A DNA stretch of 64,000 nucleotides from Microthyrium microscopicum (taxonomy: Eukaryota). The translations under genes and the position numbers were made by a program. The DNA lies in NCBI GenBank assembly GCA_010405405.1, contig MU004232.1, positions 1,445,481 to 1,509,480 on the forward strand, read 5' to 3'. This document shows positions 1 through 13,090 of the stretch, piece by piece (positions within the stretch are counted from its first letter, which is position 1; every line of letters starts with the position of its first letter). The notes under the pieces were generated by a model. That model worked only from the letters and a program-made list of their open reading frames with translations, was not told the DNA's origin and made no database searches.

Positions 1-88
1 AGGAAAGCTTCTTCAGTCTTTCTTAGTCCAACAAATATCCTGCGATTTCAGTCCCATCTATCTAAAAAGACCTCCGAATCCGATCAAT

Positions 89-1307
89 ATGTTGCTCAAA
101 AACATCATTGTACTCAGCTCTGCAAGCTACGCGCTCGCAGCACCTCAGTCTGGAAGCGGTGGAGCCATGGCCAGTTTGGCTAAGGCAATGGGGCTTGATC
201 CTTCTAAGGGTATTACCTCAATGGTTTGCCAATCATTCGCCGAAGGATCACTGAATGGTAAAGTCATGTAAGTTGATACTCAAGCATTCCTTGTAGATGC
301 CTTGAATATTTTCTCTTCATATTACCTGAATGGGAATATCAGACCTCAGAACATCTTTACTGGCGCATTGAAGGCTTGGGAGAATCTAAGCTGACTAGTT
401 CTAGTGGAGCCGCTTTTGGCTCGCCAAATGGCAATGGCCCGGATGAGAAGTGTATGGTAGATGAGAGCGGCGGTTCAGGACCATATAAAGCGAACTACAC
501 CGAAGATTCTACCCTTCCCAACCATACGATCTATGCACCGCTTAAGCCTCCCGCAGGCAAGAAAATGCCAGTCATTGTATGGGGAAATGGTTTCTGCATG
601 GTACCAAATTTGAGCCCTCTTGACACTAGCAGTAACTGACTGAGCTTTCCAGGCTGCCGGAACCATGTTCACCAACTTCCTGAATGAGATCGCCAGTCAT
701 GGTTTCTTCATCGTCGCCAATGGTCCATCAAGTGGCAACCAACTTGGAGGCCAGACCACTTACAACGATCTCATCAAATCTATTGACTGGTTGGAGAAGA
801 CTGGTGCTGCTAAGTACAACCTGGATATGAGCAAGATGGCCGTTTCTGGTCAATCTTGTGGTGGCTTAGAAGCATATCAAGCATCTGTCAAGGACTCTCG
901 CATCAAGCTTACTGCTCTTTTCAATAGTGGCAACCTCGGCATTGGTAATGTCGATGTAACCAAATTGAAGAGTCCGGTTGCGTACTTCTTGGGCGGAGCT
1001 AAGGATATCGCTCAGAAGAATGTAAGTGACGATTGTCTTTTTGTTAGGGAAGAACAGTGCTGATAAAGGACAGGGCGATTCAGACTATCTCAAGCTCCAG
1101 GTTCCAGCTCTCAAGACGACTATAGATATTGGACACATCGGAACTTATTATCAAAAATATGGGGGAAAGATGGGAAAAGCTGCTGTTTCATTCTTCAAGT
1201 GGCAGCAAATGGGCGACACTCAGGAGAAGGCCAAATGGTGCGGGACTGGTGCTACTGAATTCTCCAAGCTTGGCTTCACAACAGTTAGCAAGAACGGAAT
1301 GTGTTAA
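89..1307 (+). CDS. Secreted alpha/beta-hydrolase (chlorophyllase/cutinase/PETase-like fold), multi-exon
   Basis: Signal-peptide-like N-terminus. Spliced exons give SGPY..LPNHTIYAP..PVIVWGNGFC, nucleophile elbow GQSCGG, candidate catalytic D (AKDIA) and H (GHIGTY). Introns 601-652 and 1022-1073; first intron(s) between ~224 and 404 are uncertain. Confidence 0.8.
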
Positions 1308-2678
1308 AATTCTTTGCGCTTCAGTTAGCCGATTTAGCAGTCGTCAGTTTATGTTTACTTTTCTTAATATGTTTTCTGCGAATAGTCATGCATATCTCCA
1401 GTTGAAGAGCGTGTCACGGTATAATTGGAGTTCATAAAGACCACTCGCTAATCTAATACTACTACATCCAGAGAGATCTTCAAAACCTAAGGATGTGTTT
1501 ATCCCTGCTCGTTTAAGACTCTGCCTCCTCTCGGCTTGGAGAGATATCCAAGTGTTTGAGATGTGAAAGCTGACTGGAATCTCGCAGCAGACAATTACCA
1601 TAACGCATATCCAATGCTTCAAGGCGAAAAAGCCCCTTTCAATAATGATGGTCTCCTATACTCACCAGAATATCTAAGGCTGTAAGCATCGAATTTACGC
1701 TAAAAGACTGATCTGGGCCTTTCAAATGGGACTGTATGCCAAGTTTGTGGCTCTTCCTGCCTTCCGTAGACTTCCGGTCCCTGTTGTGTACTTTAAGTTT
1801 GCCTATCGCAGCCCACATAAAGCAGTGTCTGACATACTATTGAGCCGGATTTTTAAGCTGAGACAACTGACAAGCATAATTGGCTATTGAGTCATCTCCA
1901 TTGCCAGGGTACCTTTTACTATTTGAGCTCTCTGTTCCTGAAATGATCTTACAGGTCTGTGATGGTTATGCCGGTGCTTCCCGCCCAACCATGTTTGGTT
2001 TACTCATCGCCAAAAATGGCCAGTTTGGCCGACTTGTTGATAAGCACTAAACTTTAACCAGTCATCCTGAAAAGGGAACAAATTCTTAAAAAGGTCTATC
2101 TGAGAAACCATGGTGACGTATCGATCGAATTATTCTGCCATGTAGCAACTTACTAAAAGGTATGCTTAAAATTTTCAGTAAAAACCAGAGAGTTGCTCAA
2201 TTCGGATGAACTGGAAATGAAAATTCGCATAAATTCGCTTCAGTAATTTGACAAGTTCAAGATATTGTTATGCTAGAATGTCGTTATGCTCAACAGCCAG
2301 CCGCCAAGTTTTTGTCAAGTACAAATGTCCTGTATGCTTGCCAAAACAGGCTGAAGCAAAGACTCATCATCGATCAAGCTTATGTCAGAGATAGGCAAGT
2401 TTCGCAGACCGGCGCGACAATATATCCGCCGACTCGGTGATAGGCCATAGCACTGAGACGTTATGTTCGTGGCAGTTCACGTTTGGTATCCTTTGGTCTG
2501 TACCGGTGGGCCTTTAAAGCTGTCGTATCGCGTATCCCAAACCACATGTAAAAGATTGTTCACTTGTTTTGGACCATTTTAAAAAGCCGACTTCGATCAG
2601 TCCTCAGGCGTTCCATCTCTTTGATTCAAGAAACATCAGTTCTCATTGATTTATATTCTCAGAACATCTCTATTCAAG

Positions 2679-4785
2679 ATGGCGACCCTATTTCGAGACT
2701 CTTCTGCTGGGCAAATATGTCGATTGTTCTTAGGGATGAAGATCACGCCCTATGAGGACGAAAAAGATGGCTTCCAGCTGTCAAGATCTATCTCCAAGCC
2801 GGAAAAGCCATTAGCAGATAGAGATGTAGATCATGATGTGGAAAAAAGCGAAGAGTCGGATAAGGACCTCGAAAAAGAGGCTCCAGCGGATTCAGGACAC
2901 GCCTCAAAGCTTCCAGCGACTGATGCAAGTGTTGTTGAATTCACTGGCTCAGACGATGAGGATAATCCGCAGAACTGGTCAGGGGCCAAGAAAAGCTTTG
3001 TATTTTCGTTGATATGTCTTTTGACATTCTCAAGTAAGTTATCGACTTCCCAATTATGTCTTTCCAAGCTTCTTTGTTGACCATATCAAGTCTACAGCGC
3101 TTCTGCCATCATAACGCCTGCAGAGCCAGTTTTTGAACAGATATTCGGGGTCTCCGCTGAGGTCTCATCGTTGGTGCTGTCGATGTATGTTCTCGGATAT
3201 GTGAGTATTGCCTTAACCAAGGATCACTGTGTTATAAGCCCATACTAAATTCATACTAGGGGATAGGGCCGCTTATTTTCAGGTGAATTCAACTTTCACA
3301 CTGGAAGAATACACAAAATGACAGAGGCTGATTGAAATCCTAGTCCTATGTCAGAAATGCCTGCTGTTGGACGAAACTTGGCATATCTTTCTTCCTTCTT
3401 CATCTTTATAGTCATCACCGCTATCGCGTCCAGAGTTTCGAACTACCCAGGCTTAGTTGTGCTGAGATTCATCCAAGGTATGCCAATATGCTGAAGTCCC
3501 CGACGAGTAAGTGTCGTAGTTGGTTCGCAACGCTAATGTCTCTCGCGAACAGGATTTTTCGGTGGTCCTGTCCTGGCAGTAAGTAGTTCCCGTGCCAGCT
3601 TGTGTCTTGAGTTTCTCTAAGTGCGTCTTAGACCGGTGCAGCCTCGGCTCAAGATCTCTTTCCCTTCAACAAAGTGCCATACGCGCTTTCATGTTGGGCA
3701 GTATTTGCCTATGCAGGTCTGTCTTTTCAGTGATTCATGTGCAAGCATTTTACTTACGGTGCTCATAGGCCCCGCCCTCGGGCCAGTGTTGACAGGCTTC
3801 TCTGTTCCCTTGAGCACTTGGCGATGGACTTTCTATGAGACCTTGATACTTTGCGGATTTACCTTCGTGCTCCTGTTTTTCTTCCTGCCTGAGACAAATG
3901 CAGAGTACATCTTGGGCAAGAGAGCGCAACGGCTGAGACTCAAGACAGGAGACAGTAGTATTAAAACGAGATCAGAGATCCATGCTGGCAATAAGGACTG
4001 GCTCAAACTTACAGCTTATCATTTGACTATGCCCTTCAAGATCACGATCTTGGATCCGTCTGTTCTGTTTATCAACCTATACACTGCATTAGTATATGGC
4101 ATTTATGTAAGTCTCTAGTAGTCGATCCAGGATTTGCACTAACTTATTGTAGTACTCATTCTTCGAAAGCTTCCCTTTGGTTTATATAGGAATCTACGGG
4201 TTCTCCATTGGTATTATGGGAACTGTATTCTTGTCAGTCATCATAGGCGCTGCCATAGGTCTAGCCATTTATACTGCGCTTGTATGGTTCATCTATGAGC
4301 CATACACTCTGAAAAATGGTGTTGGACATCCCGAGTCTCGTCTGGTCCCTGGTATCTACGCTGCAGCCTTCGCGCCAGCTGGCATGTTTATCTTTGGTTA
4401 CGCCTCTCGGAGTGATATTACATGGGTTGCGCCCACTGTTGGCATTGCAATGTATGCCGCGTCATCATTCATCCTGGTGAACGTTATCTTTGTATACCTG
4501 CCTATCAGCTACCCGCGTTATGCCGCCAGCGTTTTTGCTGCAAATGGTGAATACACTGGTTTCTCCTTGTTTCAAAACTTCGCTAAGACTTCCATAGGAT
4601 TCTTGAGAAGCGCCATGGCTTGCGGTGCCATACACTTCTCCCAACCATTATTTGGTAATTTGGGAGTCGGCGATGGTTGTGCCATTCTCGGATCACTGGC
4701 CGCTGCCTGTGCTTTTGGATTTTTGGCACTATACTCTTACGGACCGAAGCTCAGAGCCAGAAGTAAATTTGCTGAATCCTACTGA
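2679..4785 (+). CDS. MFS multidrug:H+ antiporter (DHA1 family), many introns
   Basis: DNPQNWS motif before TM1, PMSEMPAVGR, GPALGP, WRWTF, LPET, PESRL, many hydrophobic segments; short GT-AG introns join the ORF pieces. Confidence 0.92.
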
Positions 4786-5092
4786 AACGAATGAGTCCAG
4801 TCCGTTTGCCAGCTTATCTGCCAAAACTGAGTAATGACGCTGGGGAAGCTTCAAAGTCATTGAACAGGATGAATTATGCGCAGGTGAAAACGATCAGAAA
4901 CTGACAGGTAGACCCGGGATGGACTGGGTTGCTTCTCATGTACCGTGTGCGAAGCTCGAAAAGCTTTACGATTCATCTAATGACGACGGATCATCAACCT
5001 CAACTCACTGAAAGAAGCACTACATTACCTTCGGCCCATCATTAGATATCGTTAATACATACTTCTGCTCCATTGACCTCCATTGTTCAGTA

Positions 5093-5734
5093 CTATAGCG
5101 CGCAACGGGGGGTAGAGCAAATAATGTCTACTATTATGTCTCTACTGTTTTTTGGAAGGGTTCTCTCTACTGTATCCCCTAAGGAATTTATACCAGATTA
5201 TGATATTATGACTAAGAGTTAATAGAATTTCAATAAAAAATCATGTCTAGATAATGTTATAGCTTTATGAAATATCTAAAAAAATTGCCTATTTAGGCAA
5301 TTTTTAGTGTAATAAACTATATTCTAGTAAATAGGAATAGGTATAATATAGTAACTCTACGACATAGAGTTATGATTTTTTTAATTACGTTATTTTACTT
5401 TATGAATTAGGCTAGACTCGTATTTTACTTATGAGCAAGATTTAGCAAGGCAACTTCTACTAGTTTTATGAATACTAAATATGCAAACAAGCAGTTTTTG
5501 TATATATAGACTTATCTTAGCTTTCCTTATTTATAACTACTTTTGCTCCTTCCTTGTTTCCTATCGTGATCCTTCCTAGCTATTAAGATACTTTCTTACT
5601 AGACATAATTAAGAAATGATCTTATTTCAAGACATATTGGCTCCGTAAACCAGTATTTTGGACTTCATATCGCCAAAATGTCTATTGTGAAACTCCTCAA
5701 CATCATTCCCTCTACCCCCCCTCCCACGCTATGG
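5093..5734. mobile_element. MITE-like or internally deleted TIR element, TA target site, RIP-eroded
   Basis: Left end TA|CTATAGCGCGCAACGGGGGGTAGAGCAAATAATG versus reverse complement of right end TA|CCATAGCGTGGGAGGGGGGGTAGAGGGAATG. Interior is AT/TpA-rich with no long ORF. Confidence 0.65.
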
Positions 5735-6357
5735 TAGTTGTCGGTATTGATCCTAAAGACAAGACACGAAAATGAAGCGAAGTTTGGTCTGTCAATATTA
5801 GATCAGACGACCAGAATAAATTACAACTACGAAGCTTAAATGTCCCAAATGTGATAGTCAGATGCTAGAAGGAATGATAAAGCATCACGAGCTAGGTACG
5901 GGTAGGTTCTCGAATAAATCATAGCGGTTGAATTGAGGTAAGACCTTTTAATTATCACTTCAGGACATGTTAGGTAGGTGCATTTTAATAAGCCAACAGA
6001 CGATGAAAGGAACAGCAAAAATAAAGGCCATGAGGGTTGGAACGTTCACTATTCACATATCTCCATCGCTGAAAGCCAAATGAGCGCATACCAGAAAAGC
6101 AGCATCGAGACACGAACGATATTGCATAAGGGAGCGGACGACAAACAAGTGAGCCGACGACAGACAGAAGGTAGTGATTACAGAGGACAATGCGCTTAGA
6201 ACAAGTGATTGAGTTGTCAACTACGATACATTCCTATTCTAATGATATCGAATCATCCAGCGAGCACGCCGGATAGTTCATGAACATACACAAAAGGAAT
6301 TGACGAAGGCCCACAACTTCCAAAACCGCTCAGCAAGAGACATCATTGACCTGACCT

Positions 6358-7458
6358 TCAGAAGCCAAACTCATTCTCCAATGCCCGAATAGCCTCCAGC
6401 ATAGGCTTGGCCATACCTTCCACTTGCGCTGCTGCATGTCGAATTCTCTCGAAACGACCCCCAATAGGAATGACTGACATAAGACCAGTGGCATCATGGA
6501 ATACACTTGTGCTTGCCTGGAGGATGCGATACATGAAGTGGTCTAGTCGAGCAATATCATAGCCAGGAGTAGCATCAAGTAGTGGCTGTTGCACAATAGG
6601 TATGCCGAACCTCAGCCGCAGTGCTCTAGACTGAGCCATGGTCTCTGTGATGCTGATGTCTAAAGTAGCAGCAGCTTCTCGGACGAGTGCCAACTCTTTT
6701 CTCACAGTGCGAGCACGGGTGACAAGGGTGAATAGGATATATCTAACGTTGTAGACCAAATCAGCTTGAAAGACAGAAGCACCCTCCGTGATATGACGCT
6801 GGCGAGCCATAGCACCTTCATCGAGAAGATCCGCGATCATTTGGAAGGGGAGAGCTTTTTGAAGCGAGCGCATACGCCTGAGAAGACGATGAGTAGTAGC
6901 ATATGTCTCAAGTTGGCGGAAGTAACGGCTGACGACCAGCCATTGGGACAAGGAGAATCTACCAGTCTGGAAGGCCTGAAGAGATCCTAGGACAAGGTTA
7001 GAGGCGTGATTGACCAAGAGAAGAAACCACCAGAGAAAGGAGTCGCTAGGGCCGAGCTCGACTTACTGATGCGAAGAAAGTGGAAAAACTCTTCATTCAG
7101 GATATGGAGGTAGAAGAACGTGATACCCTCCTGTTGTGGCATTAAAGCATTCACAGCTTCGCTGACTTGATTTGTCATGATGTCAAGCTGAGACTTGATG
7201 CTGGTGACCATGTTAAGAAGGTGGGTATATTCCTCTTGGACTTCGACATCTGTCGTCAGAAGCGTCAACACTTCAAGCGCCTTCCTACAAGCACCGGTCA
7301 GTGATGACAGTATTGCAAGGGGCACGGTCTTACCCTTCTGCCCACTCTCGAGTGGTAGGATCGTGAACTCTTAAGTTAGGCGTATGGTTTTCGATGGGCA
7401 CTTCCTGGTGGGCGATGGCATGCTCAAGCATTTCGATTCGTATCATAGTGGGATCCAT
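6358..7458 (-). CDS. Hypothetical helical protein, paralogue A (323 aa; exons 7458-7334, 7284-7067, 6986-6358)
   Basis: Canonical GTAAGA/GTAAGT donors, branch sites and acceptors give one open frame. WAE motif before intron 1 and both intron phases are shared with paralogues B and C. Confidence 0.8.
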
Positions 7459-8831
7459 GGCTGCAGTAGAAGGGAAGAGAGAAGAGTGGGCCGGCTGGAG
7501 TGCAATCTCTCGCCTTCCAAATCGTTGATGATAGCGTCAGCAGTAGTGGTGAAGGTGGTTGCGAGGAGGAGAAACAGGCGAGGACCAAAGTGGGAGGAAG
7601 AAACCCAAGATGGGGGCTAACGACCGAGAGGAGGGCGACCAATTCCAGTTTCCATAAAGGGTAATTCGACTGAGGGAACCGAGACTATTTGACAGTCTTT
7701 GAGGTGCTAGTAATCTCCGCGGCGTTGAAACTTCTCACATCTATAACTTCATCAAGTTGTTAACTTTAGGCACATTTTGGTAGTAAGACTTCACATGTAT
7801 GTGCGCACCAGTGCGGAAATATAGTAATAAGACTTTCGATACTTAGCGAGCAGAGATAGGACTTTATATAGATGATAACCCCCATGGTGCGCCGCAGAGC
7901 GGACTGTCAGGCTCGTTGACAGCGATGCTGCTTGTCATATATTCTAGTAGCTCATGACGAAGAAGTGTTCATTAACATACGGAAGTCTAACACAGGCTTT
8001 GTTCCTGTTAGTGTGTGAAAATGAACAAAGAAATGTTGAGTATCATACTGATGATAGCCTATGGACGATGAAGGCACGTAGCTTAGATGCGCAAAATGAC
8101 TGTTCGGGACAATGAAATGAATGCAATGAGACGTTGATTACAACGACTGTGATTCTCATGTCTGGATGACTCTGGCTCATGATTGGGGCCCGAGGTCAGT
8201 CACGCAAGAAACATTACAATTTCTTAGCGGATGACGGACTCTACGCTGACCAAATCAACTGCATGTCATCTCGACCAAAGCAGAGTATCCGCTGAGGTTC
8301 TCAAGACCTCGGTGAAATTCGCCTTATGCTCGCCTACTGGAAAACTGGGACGAGTTTAGGGAATGACGAATAGGCAAAGTATAGGAACGCAGCATTCTGA
8401 GATTCCACAACTTTTCCTTTGTTGAAGCATATGGTCATGATGTGATATATCTGCTGACAGGCTGGAGGTAGCTGCAGTGATGGATATCAGCCGGGTTGAT
8501 CAGATGCTGGATGAATGCCGCTTTATATATGAGAAGGACGCTCATCTCAGCAAGACAAACTGTTTGGCGCAGGCTATGTTTGTTATCCCAGAGTAACGTC
8601 ATTTGTTGACCTGTTGAACCAAGCGCAGCATTTCCACACATTGAACCTCCCAAACACAATGGCAAGGAGAGAAAAGTCCCTATGCAACTTCATAATGTTT
8701 GCAAGTTATGGACAATTAGAGGTAGTTATGTGTTCTAATTCTTTCCCGCTAGAAAATCATGAACCGTGGGCTACAACAAAATCTACAATTTCAAAAGACA
8801 CAGTGGTTGACATCCTGTGTAGCCTGGCTTC

Positions 8832-9799
8832 TCATGCTTGAAATCGTAACTCGCTCACCTTCCCAAGCGCATCCTTGACTCTACCATCCAGCCGCAACAC
8901 CCCGTCCATCGCCTCTAGCAAATCCTCCCCGTGAAGTTTCAACCTACCATCCATGGCAATGAATCGAGCTTGGAATGCAAGAAGAGATTCGTGCGCGTGG
9001 ATACTAGGCAGCTCAGAACGCACAGCGGTAGGGATGGACTTTCCCATCTCTCGACAGAGACACCAGTACATTGTCTGAAGCTCTTCCAATGCCGCAGCCC
9101 ATGTCGTCTCAAACTCCTCGGTTTGCTCGGATACAGCCACAAAGGTAAGGATCATCTCATCGTATGCATCTTGATGTTGTCCGGAGTAGGCCTCCCGTTT
9201 TGATGTGATTTCTTTGGCAAGGCAGTGCAATTCATGAGCCAGGTTGAGGGGCAGAAGAGAACTTCTAGGGAAATCGAGAGTCCCGAGGATACGATGTACG
9301 CTCGCGGACAGTTGTAGTTCGTATAACTCTTTGGATCTGCGCAGGTACTCGGATCCTGTAATTTCGCTGGCTTGAAATGATCTCAGATCAGCTGGGAGCA
9401 GTTAATAGTGACCTCATGTGGATGGGAGTTTTTTTGAATCAGAAAGTTGGAGCAAGAAAAACTTACTACTAGCTGTGGTGCGAAAGAAGTCGGCTGTGAG
9501 TTGTGACATTCGTTGGAAAGCAACATCGACACTAGGTAGGCCACTGTGAACACGAAAGAGTCCATCAAGAGCAGCAGTAATATCGCGGTCAATCGAATTG
9601 AAAGTGGCGCAGTGGCTTTCCAACTTCGCGACGGCACGTCGGTTCTCAGGAGTGGAGGATATCAATGTGTTAAGTAGATCTTTTGACTGTCTAGTCGTTA
9701 TTAGCAGTTGATGCGATGCTTCTACAAAGGACTAAAGGCTCCGGAAATGACATACCTTTCCGCCCATGCCTGCATTTCTTGCCGCTGATCTTGGCCCAT
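8832..9799 (-). CDS. Hypothetical helical protein, paralogue B (275 aa; exons 9799-9756, 9690-9467, 9391-8832)
   Basis: Intact spliced frame MGQDQRQEMQAWAER...; aligns by eye with C (FETTW/FETAW, HESLLAFQARFIAMDG/HEGLLMFQACFLAMEG). Confidence 0.85.
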
Positions 9800-10563
9800 C
9801 TTTGTTTGAGTATTTATGTACCTGAAAATTCTTGAGGTTCTATATAGAACGATGATTATGCACAGCTATAGAGTAGATTTGTGTGTGGGGAAAAGCGGTT
9901 ACGCAAATGAATCGGGGTTGATGAAGGTGGTGGGCAAGAGTGCGTAGAAAATTCTATGAGGCTAGAGAGCAGGACCCAAACAACTACCCCGAGAACACTG
10001 GGCGCCACTAGTTCAAGTTGAGGGCAACGATATATCATGTCCTTCGACACAGAGAGCTCTGGGGCTGCTAAAACTGCACTATATGGACAGACTACTCAGA
10101 AAATGCAAACCAGTTTCTGCTCCAGCCACCAAAAGGATGTACTATAGATCTGCTTGAAGTTTCGTGAACTCTTTCCCTTGCTGAAAGACACTCTAGTGCT
10201 AGGTCGCGTCTGGGCGCTTACAAGGAAAGTCAATGGCCGAGTCAATAGGCTTGCGCTCACATCCTGCTTATATACCAGTAGGATGGCCTTTTTGTCATGC
10301 GAAACTATTTGAAGGACGCTATAATTGCTATTCTGAATCGTGAGCTATGTCATGTTGTAATGCTAAACAACAAGTTTTGTGCGTTCGAAATACCGTTGCT
10401 TTAAACGTCACGAGAAGGAGAGGACACTAATTCTTCGACAATATAGTTTGATTTGGCCAGTCGGCTGGTAAAATTATTCCTCTTCGAAGCATCACGTCTC
10501 TCTAGCCGAGGAGACCTTTCACGCTCTAAGAGGCAGGCCTTGTTCAAACCTTCTAGTAGACTT

Positions 10564-11531
10564 CTATCCTCTTAGATCAACGAGCGTTACAAGGGCGTCC
10601 TCAATCACGCCTCCCAAAGCAAGCACCTCTTCCATCGCCTTCAGAATATCTCCACCGGGTCCCTTCAGATCGCCCTCCATAGCAAGGAAGCACGCTTGGA
10701 ACATAAGCAGCCCTTCATGAGTTGTTATGCCCCCAGCGCTCGACTCTGCAACAGGGAGACGATCACCCATTAGACGGCGAAGGTGTGAATACCAAAAGTG
10801 ATGCCGATTTCGTGATGTTGTCCATGCCGTCTCAAAACGATCCATGTGCTTGGATATGACAAGTAAAGACGACTCTATATCCTGCAATATTTCCTTATGC
10901 TGGCCGGGATGTGTCTCCCCTTCGAGCGGCAGCTCTATTGCAGAGTAAACCAAGTCTTCTGCGTAACCTAGTGGAAGTAATTCTTCGCTCTCGTTCATGT
11001 CTCCGGCGATGTCATTGATGCTTGCATAGAGTTCCAGTCTCAGCAGCTTCTCCGATCGACGATAGTATTCAGGAGCGGAGATGTCTCCAGATCGATACTT
11101 GTCTACATCGCCTGAAAACAGTTAGCGTTGAAGTGAAATGGACCAAATATGGCTTTCTGAGTAGACGGGTTGAAGGGGTTAGAAACTGGGACCAAGGTAA
11201 ACTTACTACATTTGGTGGAGGAAAAGAACTCCGGAGTGAGCTCTGAAATCCGCGGGTAGATCCCTTCAATGTTATATAATCGGTCGAGAACCATCCAAAG
11301 CTTTTGGGCGGCATTGGTAACATAGATAGTTAAATCCTCGATGACCTCGGAATATCTTCCCAAGGTCGAGATTATGCGCTCTCTCTCTTCAGGGCCTGCA
11401 GTCAAAGACTTCGTGAGCTGCTTGGACTTTCTGATTGTTGGTCAGTAGCTGCGCATCTCATGGTTAGAAAAGAAAGAAGTCGCATACCGTTCTGCCCAAC
11501 GAAACAACTTTTCTTCCGGATCAATCTCCAT
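10564..11531 (-). CDS. Hypothetical helical protein, paralogue C (271 aa; exons 11531-11488, 11430-11207, 11111-10564)
   Basis: Intact spliced frame MEIDPEEKLFRWAER...; exon 1 (44 nt) and exon 2 (224 nt) are the same lengths as in B. Confidence 0.85.
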
Positions 11532-12944
11532 TTCGCTCGATTTGGTGGATCTTCGACAGCTGTTGTGAGTTATATATTACAACAAAGGGCAGATATAGGA
11601 CAGGCCGGAGAATTGAGAAACAGAATGCGCAAGCGATAACGCGGGCGGCAGGAAATGTCCGAGGAGTGTGCGGGAAAGATTGCAGTGGAAGATGAGGCAG
11701 AAGAGCAGGGCAAAAACAACTACGCCCAAAAGCTACGGGTATCAAGTGGCGCTAGGCAAGCCGGAGGCATGGGGCAAACGTGTCTCCATGGCAGGCATGA
11801 AGGGTGGACCTGCGGCAGCATATGGTTGGCTGCGCAAAGGATCCTCGTAGAGATACCGCGAGAGTGTCGCGAAAGTCGCATGTTGAAGTACGAACCCGAA
11901 CACGGTCGTGAAGCGCAGCACCATATTAACTAGCAGCAATGAACATACTTGTGCGGGACAGTGACGGGATGTTATAGAGCATCCATACATGTTCAGAATA
12001 CATACAATATCTTACGTGGTGATGACAAGCTGGACTAAGGGTTGATATGATCTGTGCAGATAATCTATGCTGATGTAGCGCTGCGTGTATCGTAGTCTGG
12101 AAATGACACTGACCATACCTTTGAGCAGAACAAAGAAAAATGGACATGGACACTGGAAGTTGAGTCCCTCAAGACATCATAAACTTTGAAGTGATGCAAA
12201 CCTCCGCACTGGTGCTTAGCATAGCCGTCGAGGTATTCGTAGCCACAGCAGACATTCCAAGCCAGAAGTTGTTGAGATATATCCTCAATCTGTCCTTGAG
12301 GACTTCAGTGTCTGCAATGTATGTACAGGGCAAATTTAGAGCTGCTGTCTTTGTTGGAAACGACAATGAACCCCAAATAGACGTAGTGACTTAAGTAGTG
12401 GCATTGTATCTTTCTAGACATGCTCCAGTGATATCAGCTTCCGAAGCAAAGAATACTCTGGTGATATAAGATAGACTCGTGATACATTTGGAATGTTGAA
12501 AGTATATTGGTATGATGGATCTGAGGATAAGCTCGTAAGAAAAGAAACGGCCAGATGTTTGGCATGACAATCGGCGGCTGATCATGTCTTTGCCTTCATT
12601 GACTATGTCAAGCGACTTTATTTTGTCAAGATATACTGTACTATGACTCCTGAGTATGAGGGGACAATCTTAGACCAGTCATTTATGAGCTCCCTTCAAG
12701 GTCAAGGTGGTCTTAGGCACTCAAAATGTAATGTGCAGAGCAATATTGCAGGTTGCTCATATCATGCGTCCTAATATTTGTAAATCCTGAAAAACGAGAG
12801 ATGCTTGTTCCAATTCGATGGGCAATCTGACAGACCAGTTTGGACGAGGTGAAGTTGGAGGTCGGTACCAATCAATGAATCAACAACCCCTGAAACCCTG
12901 CAAAACATGACAACAAACATGACTCGCGTGGACTGCACAAATAG

Positions 12945-12964
12945 AGATGAGATGAGATGAGATG
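12945..12964. repeat. (GAGAT)n microsatellite downstream of alpha-tubulin
   Basis: gagatgagatgagatgagatga, about four units. Confidence 0.6.
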
Positions 12965-13090
12965 AATAAGCATACTATTTCACTGCTACAACACAAGCGC
13001 TAACAACGTATCCAGCCACACAATACATCGCGCTTTCAAGCTAGGGGAATACTAAGATTAAGACATACATCCAGACTAGTCAGACCCTTT

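Noticed and set aside
6987..11206. Apparent frameshifts between ORF halves in the three paralogues
   Set aside because: Fully explained by canonical phase-1 introns; no recoding needed.
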